Part shown: positions 23,901 through 36,016 of the stretch, piece by piece | Numbering within the stretch: the stretch's first letter is position 1 | Layout of the letters: each line of letters starts with the position of its first letter | Source: Catajapyx aquilonaris | Taxonomy: Eukaryota | NCBI GenBank assembly: GCA_000934665.2 | Contig: KZ538157.1 | Span: 1-64,000 of the forward strand | Direction of reading: 5' to 3' | DNA: 64,000 bases | Notes under the pieces: generated by a model | What the model saw: the letters and a program-made list of their open reading frames with translations, nothing else | The model's database searches: none | Told to the model about the DNA's origin: nothing | Translations under genes and position numbers: made by a program

Positions 23901-26900
23901 CCCCTATCCAGGTGAGCCTGATACAGGTAACTGAGTGCAGTGAACTTTTCTTCCAAACGATGCAAGTGCTTCAAGGCGCTCTTCCATTTCCCAACAGCTG
24001 CCTCGTATTTTTGCTGGGTATATAACTTGATCCCTTGTTCAACCTGGAAAGAAACGGATATACTATACACCTTCTCTATATATCCAGCAACGGACTGGCG
24101 GCTGTCACTTAGCATTCTCTTACTCAGAAAAAAGGTTATTTCGTGCCAGTGTCAGGTGAAAGTTCGTGTATTAAATATAGATGCAGTTGCAGTGTACAGG
24201 TACGAAGGTGAAGTATTCTACATTTCGTGACGCTCTTACGCTGAAAAACAACATATACAGGGTGTTCCAAGTTCGTGGGCCGTTTTTAGTGATCACTAAT
24301 ATCACTCGAAGTAGTTATTTTTGTGCAGCTTGTTGTGCCCCGATCCAGGTGATCGAGTGTAGCAGTGGCTGCAAAAAAATGACAGCTTTGAGGAAAATTT
24401 CATATACCAACTATTATAAAAGACCCCAGAATGGTTACGCCACTGGCCAGCCAAGCGGGAGGCCGGGGTTCAAATCCCGTCCCCGTCACCACCTCTGCTT
24501 GGCCGGGTCCTTTTCCGCTTTTCACCCGACATGCCGGAGCGGAATTGCACTCCCTTCTCTGCTCGGGGCCAGGAGAAAAGGCCTGGTGTTAAAGAATGTC
24601 AGTAATGGCTATCGCACGGCGCCCTCCCTTGGGAACTTCCCCTTCCCACCTAAGAGGGCCTCGAGCCCTATCACGGGGCAACAAAAAAAAAGGCCCCACG
24701 AACTTGTAGCACCCTGTATTTGGCTGCATTTGGTTGAATGAAGTGTAATTTTGGTTCAGCTAATATTTTAAAGTGAAACGAAGCGATAGCAGATTGGAGA
24801 AAATCGCTTCGCTGCACTTTTCGAGTGATTTCAGGGTCCTCATGATTAAGAGGTTACAAGGGTTCTTTCGGTTATTCAAACCGAACTTGCCGGAAATCCT
24901 CTCAGCTCCCAGCTCAGTAGGGCTATATGACAAATTGCTCTTAATTTTAAAATGAGCGAAAAACTTGGCGCCAAAAGCCCACTTGTCGTCGCTTCCGCAG
25001 TGGCACTCCACGTCGAACAGACTGCACACGAATATTCTCTTTCTTGTGGTACTGACAGCTATAATGTGGACCTCTGAACAAACAATTCCTACACCGACAT
25101 CCCGTGCACCAAAACCCTCTCAATTATTCAATATCCGCTCAAAACGACACCAGACACGAGTACCTGCACCGTCAGCCTAATTAAATTCACCTCTAATAAT
25201 ATTAGTTTCAGACCCATTCACTCTCACTGCAGGCAGGATTGTCCCATAAATGTGTATAGAAATGGAAATAAAGCCGAGTTTGCGATTTAACAGCGGACAT
25301 TAAAAGGGAGCGACGAATGCATAAAGAATAGATATGTTCAAGTCCACCGCGTTCTTTTATACGTCGATTCAAGTCGCTTGTCACACACCTTGTTCCCAAG
25401 AATTTAATCAGGTTGGAATGGGGCATTTTCTCGTTAGGCACGCGTCAATTCCTTCCAATGGAGGCCCGAGGGGAAGGGGATATGGTATGGGTGGGCAGAA
25501 CTAGAGGGGGGTGTCGTCCTGATGAGAGGTCACTTCGGGACCCTTGTCCTAGGGCCAGTGTGGACATTGTACCCTTTTGTTTCCGGAGGTAGACCCCGGA
25601 CCGTAGTTGCAATCTCGGGGGACATTTGAGGGACCTGGCACAATGCTCGTTTCATGTTGCCCTTTTGTCTCGGGAAACTTGGGGACACAAACTGCGGAAA
25701 ACCGGGTGATACTATCGATCTCAGCTGGCATGAGATCCAGCCAGCTCTTACATCGCTTTGTGGTACACCACTGAATAAAACAGGACACCAAATGTCGTGC
25801 CATTGCAGATGAAATACACTGCCTGCACCTTGTCAAAATAGTGAGGGGACTGTCAGTCGCACCTGCAAACTTCATCAATTAACAGTCACCTAATTATGAT
25901 TGTCCGGCTCAGGCGCTGTTAATGAGAGTCAAGAGCAGTCAAAATACACTCGAGTCCAGTCCAGATGTCAAAAAAGTGAGTGGCTGTCAAGTGGGTTGCA
26001 TTACGACGGGATAAGTGTCCCTTATGAGCCAACTTTCGGATTAAGTGCAGGGCTGCGCATTGTTGAATTAACTCTGAGGGGTCCGTAGTTCCGCAGTTGG
26101 TTTGGGGGTGGGGGGGGGGGGCAAAGGAAATATTCTCCCAGAGCGTCTCAGGAAGTATAAGGAAGAGGAATGGCGACCTCGTTTCCGCCTTGGCATTAAG
26201 AGATCCTAATCCAGAGCTATACGGCCCAAACTTAAGAGCTCAGCGTGTTACGTACTCAAATTGACTCCCTCTAACTTCGGAAAGTTCATCTAAGTGATTT
26301 AGCAGCCTCCAGCTCATCTCCACCTGATGATCGGGATCGAAACGTCACCGCGAAATCTCTACTTTCAGGCCCCCGTACACCCACCCATTTTTACGGCCAA
26401 TTTAGCCAAGTCTAAGTGATTATAAGCGTCACGTGTGCCGCTTGCTGCACCATATGCCAGGTTTCATTTCACTGTGTAAAACTTTTAAGTAGGAATATTA
26501 ACTAACTCATAAGGAGGACTTCTAATGCCAGAGCAGGCCCATAAAGGGCATCATGCTGATATAGGGATGCGGAGAGGGATTGCGGTTTTGGGCAGTATCA
26601 TATTGTATGGGTAAAAATGTCCTGATATAGATGTTTAATTTTGAAGCAGGATACTGTTTTAGTACAATTCCTGTGAAAAGTTAATGATTCAAAATTCTAG
26701 GGATTGACCCTCCATAATTATGTAGAGGTGAATGCAAACCCTTCTTCATGACGAACTTTCGTAGAATACAGTCCTATGTGGGCCAAGGCGGTCTAGTCTA
26801 GTGGCTAAGTACACGGTGTCATTTGAGAGATTCCGGGTTCAATATCATGTGCCGATGACCATGACTGGGGTTGCATGTGGTTTTCCCTGGGTAATTCCAA

Positions 26901-29900
26901 GATAATAATGATTTCCTTTTTGGAATTACCAGCACTAACCTCATGTACAATGTGCGAAAAGGTATAGGCTATGCCTGCACTGGGTGAGTGTGATGGTAGC
27001 CCTCCAAGAGCTCAAGTACCTGATTCTCGTTTACAGTCAAGGACATATGAGGCAGTCCACAGACCTACGGCTTGACCCACGGCTTTTTCTTAATCCGACC
27101 ACCATGCAAAATATGCTAAGGTGATGAAGCCCAGTCGTTCAGAAGTTGGCAAGTCCTTTTTATCCTGTCAGTGTCACTACAACGAGCTATGGCCTCTGCA
27201 TCAGGTTATCAATTTTTCCATCCATGCCCATGGACTTCGAATAAACGTGTTTTCATATTCCCTCAATACCAGGGTGTTCAAAATTCGTGGGTCGATTTCT
27301 TATAGTAACTGATGTCGCCCGATAGCAGTTATTTTTTGTAGCTTGTGCCCCTAACCAGGTACCCCATTCTATAGCAACTGCTATATTCGACCACCTGGGA
27401 GTAATGGGGCTACTGATTAGGGGCACAACAACAACAACAACAACACCATCACGACATTTCCCTATAAGGGGTAGTCAGCGATGACGGGAGCCACAAGCTA
27501 ACCCAAAATGTGAACTAAATTAAAACTTGTAAAAATAAACCTATCAACAACCCATCCGGCCCCCCACCCCTGCCCATCTCAGACGACAAACTCTCAATAT
27601 TAAATATTAAATTTAAATATTACACGACTATGAGAATACCCCCCTGGAAGAGGAATCAGCAACTGTTAAATTCCTCCAAGTGACTAGAATATTCTCCTCC
27701 AAACGATCAGAACACCCACAGGCATACAGAAATCCACACCCTGTATATCAACTGCTACATTCGACCCCCAGAGAGTCGAATATAGCATTGCTATACAGGG
27801 TGCTCCAACTCTCCAAGTTCGTGGGTCATTTTTCTTATCACTAATATTGCCTGAAGTGGTTCTTTTTTGTAGCTTGTTGTGCCCCTAATCAGTTGCCCCA
27901 TTACTCCCAGGTGGTCGAGTAGGCCTATAGCAGTTGCTATAGAATAGGGCAACTGCTGATTAGGGGCACAACAAGCTACAAAAAATAACCACTTCGGGCA
28001 ATATTAGTGATAAGAAAAGTGACCCACGAACTTGGAACACCCTGTATAATGGGGCACCTAGTTAGGGGCACAACAAGCTACAAAAATAACTATATTGGGC
28101 GATATCAGTTATAAGAAAACGACCCACGAATTTGGAATACCCTATATATTGCAGATTGCCTTACAAATAACACTAGGGAACAAAATTTAACTTGTTTTTT
28201 GGCCCATGTACGGCATGAATGTGCGATTCCTATTGTATTTTTTGAGCTGATTGCAAATATGTTAACCAATCTCTTCTATCACCCAGAGTTTTTGAGTAAT
28301 CAGCATTTTATGGTAGCAATGAACTGCCTTCAATGTACCATATACAAGTATATGTATCACTGATCCACAAAATTGGAATTATTTTGGCGTATGTACATGA
28401 TTACTATAGTACTTTTTGTCCTGATTTTGAATCTGTTAACCATTTGATTCTATCACATATAGTGTTTGAGTAATTGGCATTTTTACAGTAAAAAAGTACT
28501 TCATTTGTATCACTGGTCAACAAAATAAACACATTTCCGGCACATGTACTATATCGCCCAAAAAGATAGAGACGATTTTGCATTTGACTCAAGTGCAACT
28601 TGCACTTGAATCAAATGCCAATCGTCTCTATCTTTTTGAGCGATATAGTACATTTATGTGCGGTTCTTATTCAATGTATATTATTCGTGCTGATTTCAAA
28701 TATGTTAACCGATATTTTCTATCGCCTACAGTTTTTGATAAATTTCCATTTTTATGGCATCAAAAAGCCTCTCTTAATGTACGATAGAGCCATACACTTT
28801 GAAATAATTTTCTGAGTAAGTAATGACTAATAGGGCCTAGTATGGGCTCACACATATTTGAAATCAGCGCAGAAAATACAATAGGAATCGCACATTCATG
28901 TACACGGGCCAAAAAAACAAGTTCCATTTTGTTCCTTAGTGATAATTTAACATTGATTAAAAATTTACTCTTTCACACAGTCTGGGATCATAGGTAAAAT
29001 AAAGTCATGCTGATAATTTTTGCCTTCATATGTTGTTTACGTTCCTCATTGGCTCATATACTAATAATTTATTTACACACATATACTATTTATTTTACAC
29101 TTTCTCCGCTTACAAAGCACTTTATTTTTAGAACTGTACTTCAGTAAAAACTTTCACAATATATTTTATGCTGCGTAGAAATTAATATTTCATTCTTAGT
29201 ATGGGCCTAAATATGATTCAACAACCAAATATTTGCACGATATAAAACCTTATAAATTGTCAGAGTGATTTTGCAACGTACATAAACATCACATACCGGC
29301 AAAGATTGTGAAATACAAGTACATCGTATCTTCCAGATGACTTTCAGAGCAGACTCTAATAACCTGTTTGGGCCGACTTGTTCTCAGGCCTTGAACATGC
29401 ACCTACTTTATCCTTGAGACAACCATATTCTAATAATTATCTCCCTTGTCAACAAACCCCACATGCAACCCAAAACAAAAGTGCAACCCCTCTCAATTAC
29501 GCAGTTTGTTCCCATCCAACCAACAAATAAACAACGCATTAAAATTTTGAACTCATTCTATTCACTTCCATCGATTACGTGTTTGAGAGGCGCCTCTTTC
29601 ATAATGGCCCCCCTCCATAGCCCTCTCCCGTCCACCACCTTCCCCCTGTAGCTGCACTTTAGGCGTCTCCCAATTAGCTATCTGGTCTAGAACATAGCTG
29701 GGCTTTGCAATCAAATAGGGCTTCCTCCGCCTATGGCTTGCTTTATGTCTCCCCCTCCCCCTGCCCTCCCCCCTCGGCGCCTAATTAATGCAATCACTGA
29801 GGCTCTGGAGGGTCCCGCCGCAGGTATCTAGGCAAACAAAGCGAAATGGCTCCTAGAAACATGACGCCTGGATTTATCACCTGATTTCGTAAGCGACGCT

Positions 29901-32900
29901 CGTTTCGCACACTCCCTCACTCCAATCTGCACTTATAGTGTCGTATATACCCTATGGACGTATACCGCACGCGTTAATTGGCCGGATGCACACTGGACAC
30001 GGTCAAGGGGAAGGTAATGTTTTCCTGGCCCGTAAAAAGGGGCCAAATGCGGCGTGCCCTAGTTTTTCTCCTGTGATGGCGCTGCGGTCCTTTGGAGGCC
30101 ATCTTTGATAGAGGGGAAAATGAGGCGCACTGTGTTAAATGAATGTGGTTTACTGCCAAAGGAGTATGGTGCAGCCTCGCAGAAGTCATTTGGCTCGTAC
30201 AGTACATGTGACACCATGGTTAAGTCAGATGTTGTCACGAGCACAACGACAAAGGGTGTGGAACACAGTTATTAATTTATAATTATTACGCTATCGAGTT
30301 TAATACCATGTGTCAAAATTGTTCACATTCCAAACGCTCGCCCGATAAAACGAGTAGGCATCCGTGCCATAGATTATGAAATAGCTTTGTAGTTTGACAT
30401 GAGTGAAAGGCATGAAGGCGTAGGAAACACAAGCTGATGTTGGGAATTTCTGGAGCAGCCTGTGTTTTACCATTGATCATAATTTTCCGGGCAGACCTAG
30501 TGCACCGTAAATCACATTTATTCGTAGAGTGTAAGTAACTCAAGGGTTAAGTGCGGCATTGCGGGCGAAATGCGGCATTTTCTAACACCACAAATTGAAA
30601 TAGCCTCGAGACGTCGCCATACATCACTGAGCAACCTACGGCAGACCCATAAATTGCATTAAAACTTTATAAGCTACTTGAAATTAGTGCGACAAGATAC
30701 CGCTTATTAAATCTTCTAAAGTACAACTTGCAAAAAATATTCATGGAACGCCTTGTGTCATCATGATGGACTTTGGAGCAACGTAATCGGATTGTTTTCA
30801 AAATCTAATGAACATGTCCTGGTCTGTTAATTATGTTGCAGTTTACCATGCTACGTCAAGTGTACTAAGCCTTCATATAGGTTCATAAATGCACTGACGT
30901 AAATGCCGGAGGAAATAATTTTAGAGGTATAACGACTAGAAAAGCACAATCAAGGACTGATTCACTGTAACAAACCCTGAGAGAAGTAAGATAATGAGGC
31001 GGTGTATGGCAGCAAATTTTTTCCTGAATGCAGCTTAATAACCTGCATATGACACTGTGGCGCAATTTGAATATTATTTGCGGTAGACGAAACCGTACAC
31101 AGATTATTACCGCACGGACCTTATGAACCTTTACAATGTTTACATACAATATCCATAATTATTGAAAGTGCAGCCAACCTGCATACAGTAGCGTTACATA
31201 TACTGTACGTGCAGCTCGAAAACCTGCCTGTACTTAATATCACTGGATCTGGCTGTGCCTCACAGCCATATTGTTCATTAATGGCCCTGTGTTAATTAGC
31301 TGATAGTGCATTTATGTTTACGATGGTCAGATATAGGCAACGTGTGCATAGCAACAATTTTCATTTTTTATTATATATTGGGCTTTTAAAATGCGTGTGA
31401 CGAGATTGATATTGTAACGAAACATACGAAAAGCGTGTTCTTACCCATATCCTTGCCGCCTATAAATATTTACTTTCCAGAGCACCTAATTCGATTCGTT
31501 AAAAAACCTCTCTTTTTGCCATGTCACGTTTTCCTTTCATGTTACGCTTTCAGCTTGGTACACAAGATCATAGGCATTTTCAGTGAGTCTCATTTTTCCC
31601 CCTCACTTTTCTCCGTAGGCACTTCCACTTCCCTCTACACGATATAGAGAGACAGAGAGAGCTGGAAAAATATGAAACATGCCAGGCTTCTAATTCAAAT
31701 TCCCGTTTTTTGGTATCCAAACACTCCAGACACTTTCGGGCCGATCCTCAAGTCCACTCTTGCCACTCCTTGTAAATATTGCAAAAGGAAAGTGTCCAAT
31801 CCCATATCCGGAGGAGTCTGATGCGAAGAATGTAACAGTCCCTTCACAACTTCAATCTGGGTCGGAAAACAACGTGAAGATCGAGTGACATGATTGTGGA
31901 AGGTATCGGGTGTGGAAAAACATGGTACTAATAATTATTACCGTCAGTACGGCCGTTTCCACCTTTGGTCTGTTGCGCCTGGTGGGTAGGCAACCCATCG
32001 TACTTGAAGCTTGCGTTCATCAGGTGTTTTGCGTGTGAAGGAGACGAAGGTGAAAACAATTGCGACACACGTGATGAACGCAAGCTTCGAGTACGATGGG
32101 TTGCCTACCCACCAGGCGCAACAGACCAAAGGTGGAAACGGCCGTACCCCTGTACGGGGGCATTTCCGGACATGGGTACCGAAGCTCAAAATACTTGCCT
32201 ATGGGGCCTCTCCCCACCCTGTGATTTTTGCCAGCGTTACCGGTAACATGCACCCTGTATAATTATTCTCGGTACAGTTTGAGTCTAATCAGGACAGTCA
32301 TTTATCATCACAGCATTTCCTAATAATTCGGATTATCATACTATGACCAAGAAGGTTGTGACGCCAATGTTCACAGAGTCAAATGTAGTTACATATTACC
32401 TACACAAATTAGTGTTCTACGGCCATTTGATGTAGGCCAAATTATCTTCACAGGGCAGGGTCAGATTATCCTCCGAGGAGCATGAGCAAATGTTTCACAG
32501 GTGGGTGACGTACGTAGCGAGATTCCACACCAGGGTTGCATTTATATACACTGTGACAGTTATAGTTACTAAGGCGAACGTTTTATGTGGATTCACCTAA
32601 TGGCGCATATTAACCTGGAATTTGGGAATTAATATCGCAACAGTCCATGGAGATCCCATTATGATTATTATTGGTCTAATGGCATAATCCAAAGCCGCTG
32701 TCCTGCATCTACAAACCAAATGTTATGGAAATAAAACAAACCTACTCAATAAAAAATCAACGTCCAAGTTCGCAATACCTAACACCTTCATACTCTCTTA
32801 CATTTACCGCTTAAAGTACAATAATGTGAAACAGACGATCATAAGGTTTAATCCAACCACAGATCACAATAGATTATTTACAGTATACGTATTGTAGTCA

Positions 32901-33543
32901 TGCAGGTAGTCCGCTTACAAAAGGTTTAAGCTTACGAAATGAAGTGTTAAAAAATAATGCACAGAGAGGCAGGTCAGGGGGTAGCTTTTAGGGTATATAC
33001 GGAGCAGAGTAATGAGCTGGAGTCAAATATGGTGGAGAGCATGAATTTAGTTAGTAAAATTCCTGCTTAAGTTTGCCCTGTACAGTACGTCCGCCATAAC
33101 TGTAAATCAGACTGGTGCCAGCCACTCAGGACGCAGTACCAGACCTGAACCACAGTACCAGTACGGTGGTACCGCACAAGTTTTTGTTCAGGGTTATTTT
33201 TAAACCTTAATTTTTTGGGGTATTTATCCACGTCCGATTACGTACAGTACTACAACGTCACTTTCCCCTGGATCATGAAAATGACACTCCTACAGGACAC
33301 CGGCTGAACAATGCAATATTACAACAAAAAAATACTCACTCTCCTCCTGGCCAATTGTTGGTCCACTTTATAACGGCATCCAGCGAGGCAGGACCAAAAC
33401 TTGGTCCTTCTGTGGTGTCGAGATGGGAGATAATCATTTGGTTCGTACTCCTCCTGCTCGTGAGAACTTTGATGAGACAACAATGCTTTCGTCGACAACT
33501 GCTGACTCGCATTCCCACTGAAAATATACGACAGTGCATTCAT
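14810..33543 (-). CDS. RAPSN: Rapsyn / 43 kDa receptor-associated protein of the synapse homolog, 8 coding exons traced, about 573 aa from ATG 33543
   Basis: complement join(33340-33543,23892-24043,22439-22901,21467-21706,20450-20548,18728-18919,16936-17135,14810-14981) = 1722 nt, GT-AG introns, phases match. VEQGIKLY N-terminal motif, TPR-like helices, RING-H2 CGAC..LPCAHILHARC..CPACR. Start codon uncertain. Confidence 0.92.
15101..15164. repeat. Degenerate 10-bp tandem repeat (about 6 units, RRTAATCCAG)
   Basis: agtaatcctt gataatccag agtaattcgc ggtaagccag gataatccat ... agtaatccag. Confidence 0.65.
16936..17135 (-). CDS. RAPSN: Rapsyn exon (coiled coil and first part of RING-H2)
   Basis: tttacag|TTG; LVLRAAHLRLGAIYQSLG...ELECGACKKPFGLEPDHLETLPCAHILHA; donor AG|GTATGC. 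Confidence 0.93.
17812..18367. mobile_element. TA-flanked MITE (Tc1/mariner/pogo type) containing a Helitron
   Basis: TIR CACTGTACTCCCGATTAT / ATAATCGGGAGTA[GGCTA]CAGTG, TA on both sides. Confidence 0.85.
17996..18227 (+). mobile_element. Non-autonomous Helitron, copy 1
   Basis: A|TCTATATATATAAA ... subterminal hairpin CCCGAGCAACGCCGGG ... CTAG|T; no TSD. Confidence 0.9.
18728..18919 (-). CDS. RAPSN: Rapsyn exon
   Basis: tttacag|TTG; LAYRHYEQA...DRLAQLGAMEGLARC...CECRPLRFNQQLLELANSIGCK; donor AAG|GTATCT. Confidence 0.92.
19039..19123. other. Assembly gap (85 N) inside a poly-G tract
   Basis: Run of N flanked by G runs; lies in a rapsyn intron. Confidence 0.98.
20450..20548 (-). CDS. RAPSN: Rapsyn exon
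   Basis: ttccacag|AAT; NCMKMALSSSDESLYSRSLSVLGDIHRQKGETS; donor TCG|GTGAGT. Confidence 0.9.
20601..20873 (-). mobile_element. Non-autonomous Helitron, copy 2
   Basis: - strand A|TCTATATAAAT ... CCCGGGGCAACGCCTGG ... CTAG|T; same termini as copies 1 and 3. Confidence 0.9.
21467..21706 (-). CDS. RAPSN: Rapsyn exon
   Basis: ctttcag|GTG; VAWALEDLSLKLQIYVALAQFF...KQGRLNEAKDFCN; donor AAT|GTAAGC. Confidence 0.92.
22439..22901 (-). CDS. RAPSN: Rapsyn exon with acidic low-complexity insertion
   Basis: CMVEVGLQQLSLADE...EACLNLAQGYEGLG...LSNFHRAVECFNQALK; donor AAG|GTAAGC. Confidence 0.9.
23892..24043 (-). CDS. RAPSN: Rapsyn exon
   Basis: tttccag|GTT; VEQGIKLYTQQKYEAAVGKWKSAL...AHLDRGKYR; donor AG|GTACAT. 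Confidence 0.92.
24258..24716. mobile_element. Tc1/mariner-type MITE (CAGGGTG TIR) interrupted by a SINE
   Basis: TA-CAGGGTGTTCCAAGTTCGTGGG ... CCCACGAACTTGTAGCACCCTG-TA. Confidence 0.85.
24432..24691 (+). mobile_element. tRNA-derived SINE, family C, 5'-truncated
   Basis: B box GGTTCAAATCCC, A tail, close match to 62943-63227. Confidence 0.9.
26780..26940 (+). mobile_element. Degenerate tRNA-derived SINE fragment (family E-like)
   Basis: GGTCTAGT..GG A-box-like and GGGTTCAAT B-box-like motifs, then GTGGTTTTCCC. Confidence 0.45.
27270..28144. mobile_element. Stack of nested CAGGGTG MITEs (outer element, complete inner copy 27796-28044, extra partial copy)
   Basis: Outer arms of about 100 bp pair with each other; the inner copy has its own long TIRs and TA TSD. 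Confidence 0.85.
27425..27736 (-). mobile_element. Probable 3' end of a non-LTR retroelement with (TTG)n tail
   Basis: Interrupts a MITE arm at CAACAA; its terminal 20 nt recur exactly at 6388-6407, followed by a trinucleotide tail. Confidence 0.55.
28171..28941. mobile_element. Non-autonomous Chapaev-like DNA transposon
   Basis: TIRs of about 90 bp, CACTAGGGAACAAAAT / ATTTTGTTCCTTAGTG; 4-bp TSD ATAA; internal partial copy of the TIR. Confidence 0.8.
28549..28648. mobile_element. 100-bp hairpin MITE nested in the Chapaev-like element
   Basis: TA-CTATATCGC.CAAAAAGATAGAGACGATT...AATCGTCTCTATCTTTTTGAGCGATATAG-TA. Confidence 0.75.
31950..32144. mobile_element. Young hairpin MITE
   Basis: Arms of about 73 bp with one mismatch, CGGCCGTTTCCACCTTTGG...; flanked by GTA / TAC. 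Confidence 0.85.
33340..33543 (-). CDS. RAPSN: Rapsyn first traced coding exon (5' boundary uncertain)
   Basis: MNALSY...FWSCLAGCRYKVDQQLARRR, donor AGA|GTGAGT in phase 0 with VEQGIKLY; possible acceptor AG at 33565-33566 preceded by CTGAC branch-like motifs. Confidence 0.75.
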
Positions 33544-33630
33544 GCCATCAGTTGTCAATATGTACTAATTCGTCAGACACAGGTCAGTGTCAGGTCACAA
33601 TTATTTAGGGCTGTAGAATAAATGAATAAA

Positions 33631-33936
33631 TCTATAAGCCGTTTGTGAGTCTGTCTGTCTGCCTCTATGTCTGTCCGCCTGCCAACCGTCATTTTCCTGC
33701 CATCTGTGCTCCACCCCCAGGCCGGGAGAGGATGGAGGTGTTGGGGGTTGACTATACAGATGGCAGGCAAATGACGGTTGCCGTTATACAGGCGGGAGAG
33801 GTTCAAGGTGTTGGAGTAGCAGGACCACAGATGGCATTGGTGGCCGGACACACAGAAAGACACAGTTGACGGGGGTACTGGCAGGTGTTTTCCCTTCATT
33901 CATTTCTTCCCGGGCAACGCCGGGTGCCGCAGCTAG
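33631..33936 (+). mobile_element. Non-autonomous Helitron, copy 3
   Basis: A|TCTATAAGCCGTTTG ... CCCGGGCAACGCCGGG ... CTAG|T. Confidence 0.9.
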
Positions 33937-35485
33937 TAAATAAATAAATAAATAAAACTGTACCAGTGTCAGGCAAGCATCTCAGGGGGTTTTCTGTCAT
34001 GGTCGCAACTTCATTAATAAAATTATTGCTGTTGATGGCTTGAAGGAAAACCCATGGAAAAACCACGCAAGCACGGTGATAACCAATCGTAAACTTTATT
34101 GGAATGAGAAAATCCATTCTTGTTAGACCCGGTGAGCGAGTTTAGGGCCAGAGGATTAAGGGTAGTGGTCCAACCCACTGCATCCCCATGCCGTCCGTGG
34201 GAAGCAATACTACTGTATAATGGGTGGGCATAATCAAGGAAACAAAGCGCAAAAAACTACTCTCTCAAGTGCAAACGTTTTAAATCGTGCAGGATAAAAT
34301 GGGTAACAACTTATAAACCACTCATATGATTTCATTGAAAGGGAGCTCTCTATGAAGTCCAGTATCAAGCACCCAAATATTACACTAATCTTACAGATAA
34401 AATTAGTCAGATATTATCGAAAAGTGAATATTAGCTAATAAATTCATTGCGGCATAAATACTATCTTATTGAAATAATATAACCTTGACTTATTGGTAAG
34501 ACAGTCCTGCTTTTCATATGTACGAGTAATTAATATTAGATGGTTGAATAAATCATTCTGTTCCAAATAAATATTAACCAACCAATTAAGATAAGTGGGC
34601 ATTAAAAATTAAAATAAATTTTTACATCTCGCGTGACAAGCAGTTGCAGGGAAAACTTTGCTACATATTTGCATCTGTTCATTAGCAAATTGTTCATCTG
34701 CAAATGCAGTCTATAATGACCGGGAGGACCGGGAGGAGTCCACTGGAACAGGCTTGAATAGATATTTCTATTTTCCACTGTTATTCCATTCCCATGACCA
34801 GTTATAAATTTGGCCACTGAATTTGCATTTAAGGCCTACAAATGTACTGAACCAGTGTAATTATTTATTATTGTAATGCACTTCGTGTTAACTTATTACC
34901 AGCTATCTGAATTTTAGGAATATACACATTTCCTAATCAGCTGCCCTCAAAATACAATAATAATGCATGCATATTTTCTACTTTGCGAGGTAAACTTTTA
35001 ATATTCTCACGAAAAATAAAGCACCGTTACCTATTGACTTCTCATGAAAGAATACATCATTGAAGTTATTGTGCTTGTCTATATACTGCTTTAGTATGAT
35101 AATAATTATCATCATAATTCCGGTAAAAATGCCCAGACGTAGATATATATTAATTCAGGTCAGTTCAATACAACGCATTCTCCGTTGGCATTCTCTCTAG
35201 CGAGACCATACGTTTCATAATCCAATTGACCGCGGTCAGTGATCTTGATCATCGAAATGACACTCGTAGTACGTGCCTCAAATTTCCGATGTTAAAAATT
35301 TCTCAGGCCCCAACTGGGAGTTTTACTCGGTCGTGTGAGTGTTTCCAAATGGGAAAAAATACTGTTCTAAATAAAAATTGCCGAGAATAAGTCACGAATT
35401 TGTGTACAGATTTTCATGCTATGAAAGCAATCTTGATAGGTGGGTATACTCCTGGTTAAGTAGGCTTAATTTTCTTTAGTTGGTT

Positions 35486-36016
35486 AGGGTCCGGTGCACT
35501 GGTGCCAGAAAACTTTTTTCGGCTGGGAAAATGACAAGAAAAGGAAAGGGTCATTCTGGATTGTTGTAAACAACGTTCAAAAAAATGTACCTTTCCATCA
35601 CTTTCCAGACCAAAAAGTTTTGTGGCAGCTCTGCATTTTTTTTAATAGTTTACCCCGTGATGACCCTTATGGGTGCTATAGGGGGGTGGCATACCACCAT
35701 CAGTTTTCTGTAGGCCTATATATTTTCTGCTTCATTCACCGGTGCAAGGAAACAGGGACAATGGGAAAGGATATGGATTTTTGGGGAGGGAACATGGGTG
35801 CAAGGTGCAATGTCGTAGTTACGGGTCATGTGCTGTTCCCCAGGAGGTTAGGTTGCCAGACACCTCCTTGGTGCAGGTCAGAGACCCTCCTGACGCAGGT
35901 GAAAGGAAAGTTCCCCAGGCGGGGATAGAACCTGGGGCCTTTCACTCAGCAAGCCGAGACGGTATACCATCTCGGCCATCTACACCTCCCCGCAGCTCTG
36001 CAATTATTGACCCTAT
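35486..36016. mobile_element. Degenerate hairpin element whose right arm is split by a SINE
   Basis: AGGGTC..TGCCAGAAAACTTTTT..CTGGGAAAATGA pairs with TCACTTTCCAG..AAAAAGTTTTGTGGCA [SINE] ..GACCCT. Confidence 0.55.
35636..35991 (-). mobile_element. tRNA-derived SINE, family A, second copy
   Basis: Colinear with 2493-2845; 11-bp TSD GCAGCTCTGCA at 35625-35635 and 35992-36002; A-rich tail. Confidence 0.9.

Noticed and set aside
24181..24741. 186-aa ORF, the longest non-genic one in the track
   Set aside because: Runs through a MITE and a SINE, antisense to a rapsyn intron; chance open frame
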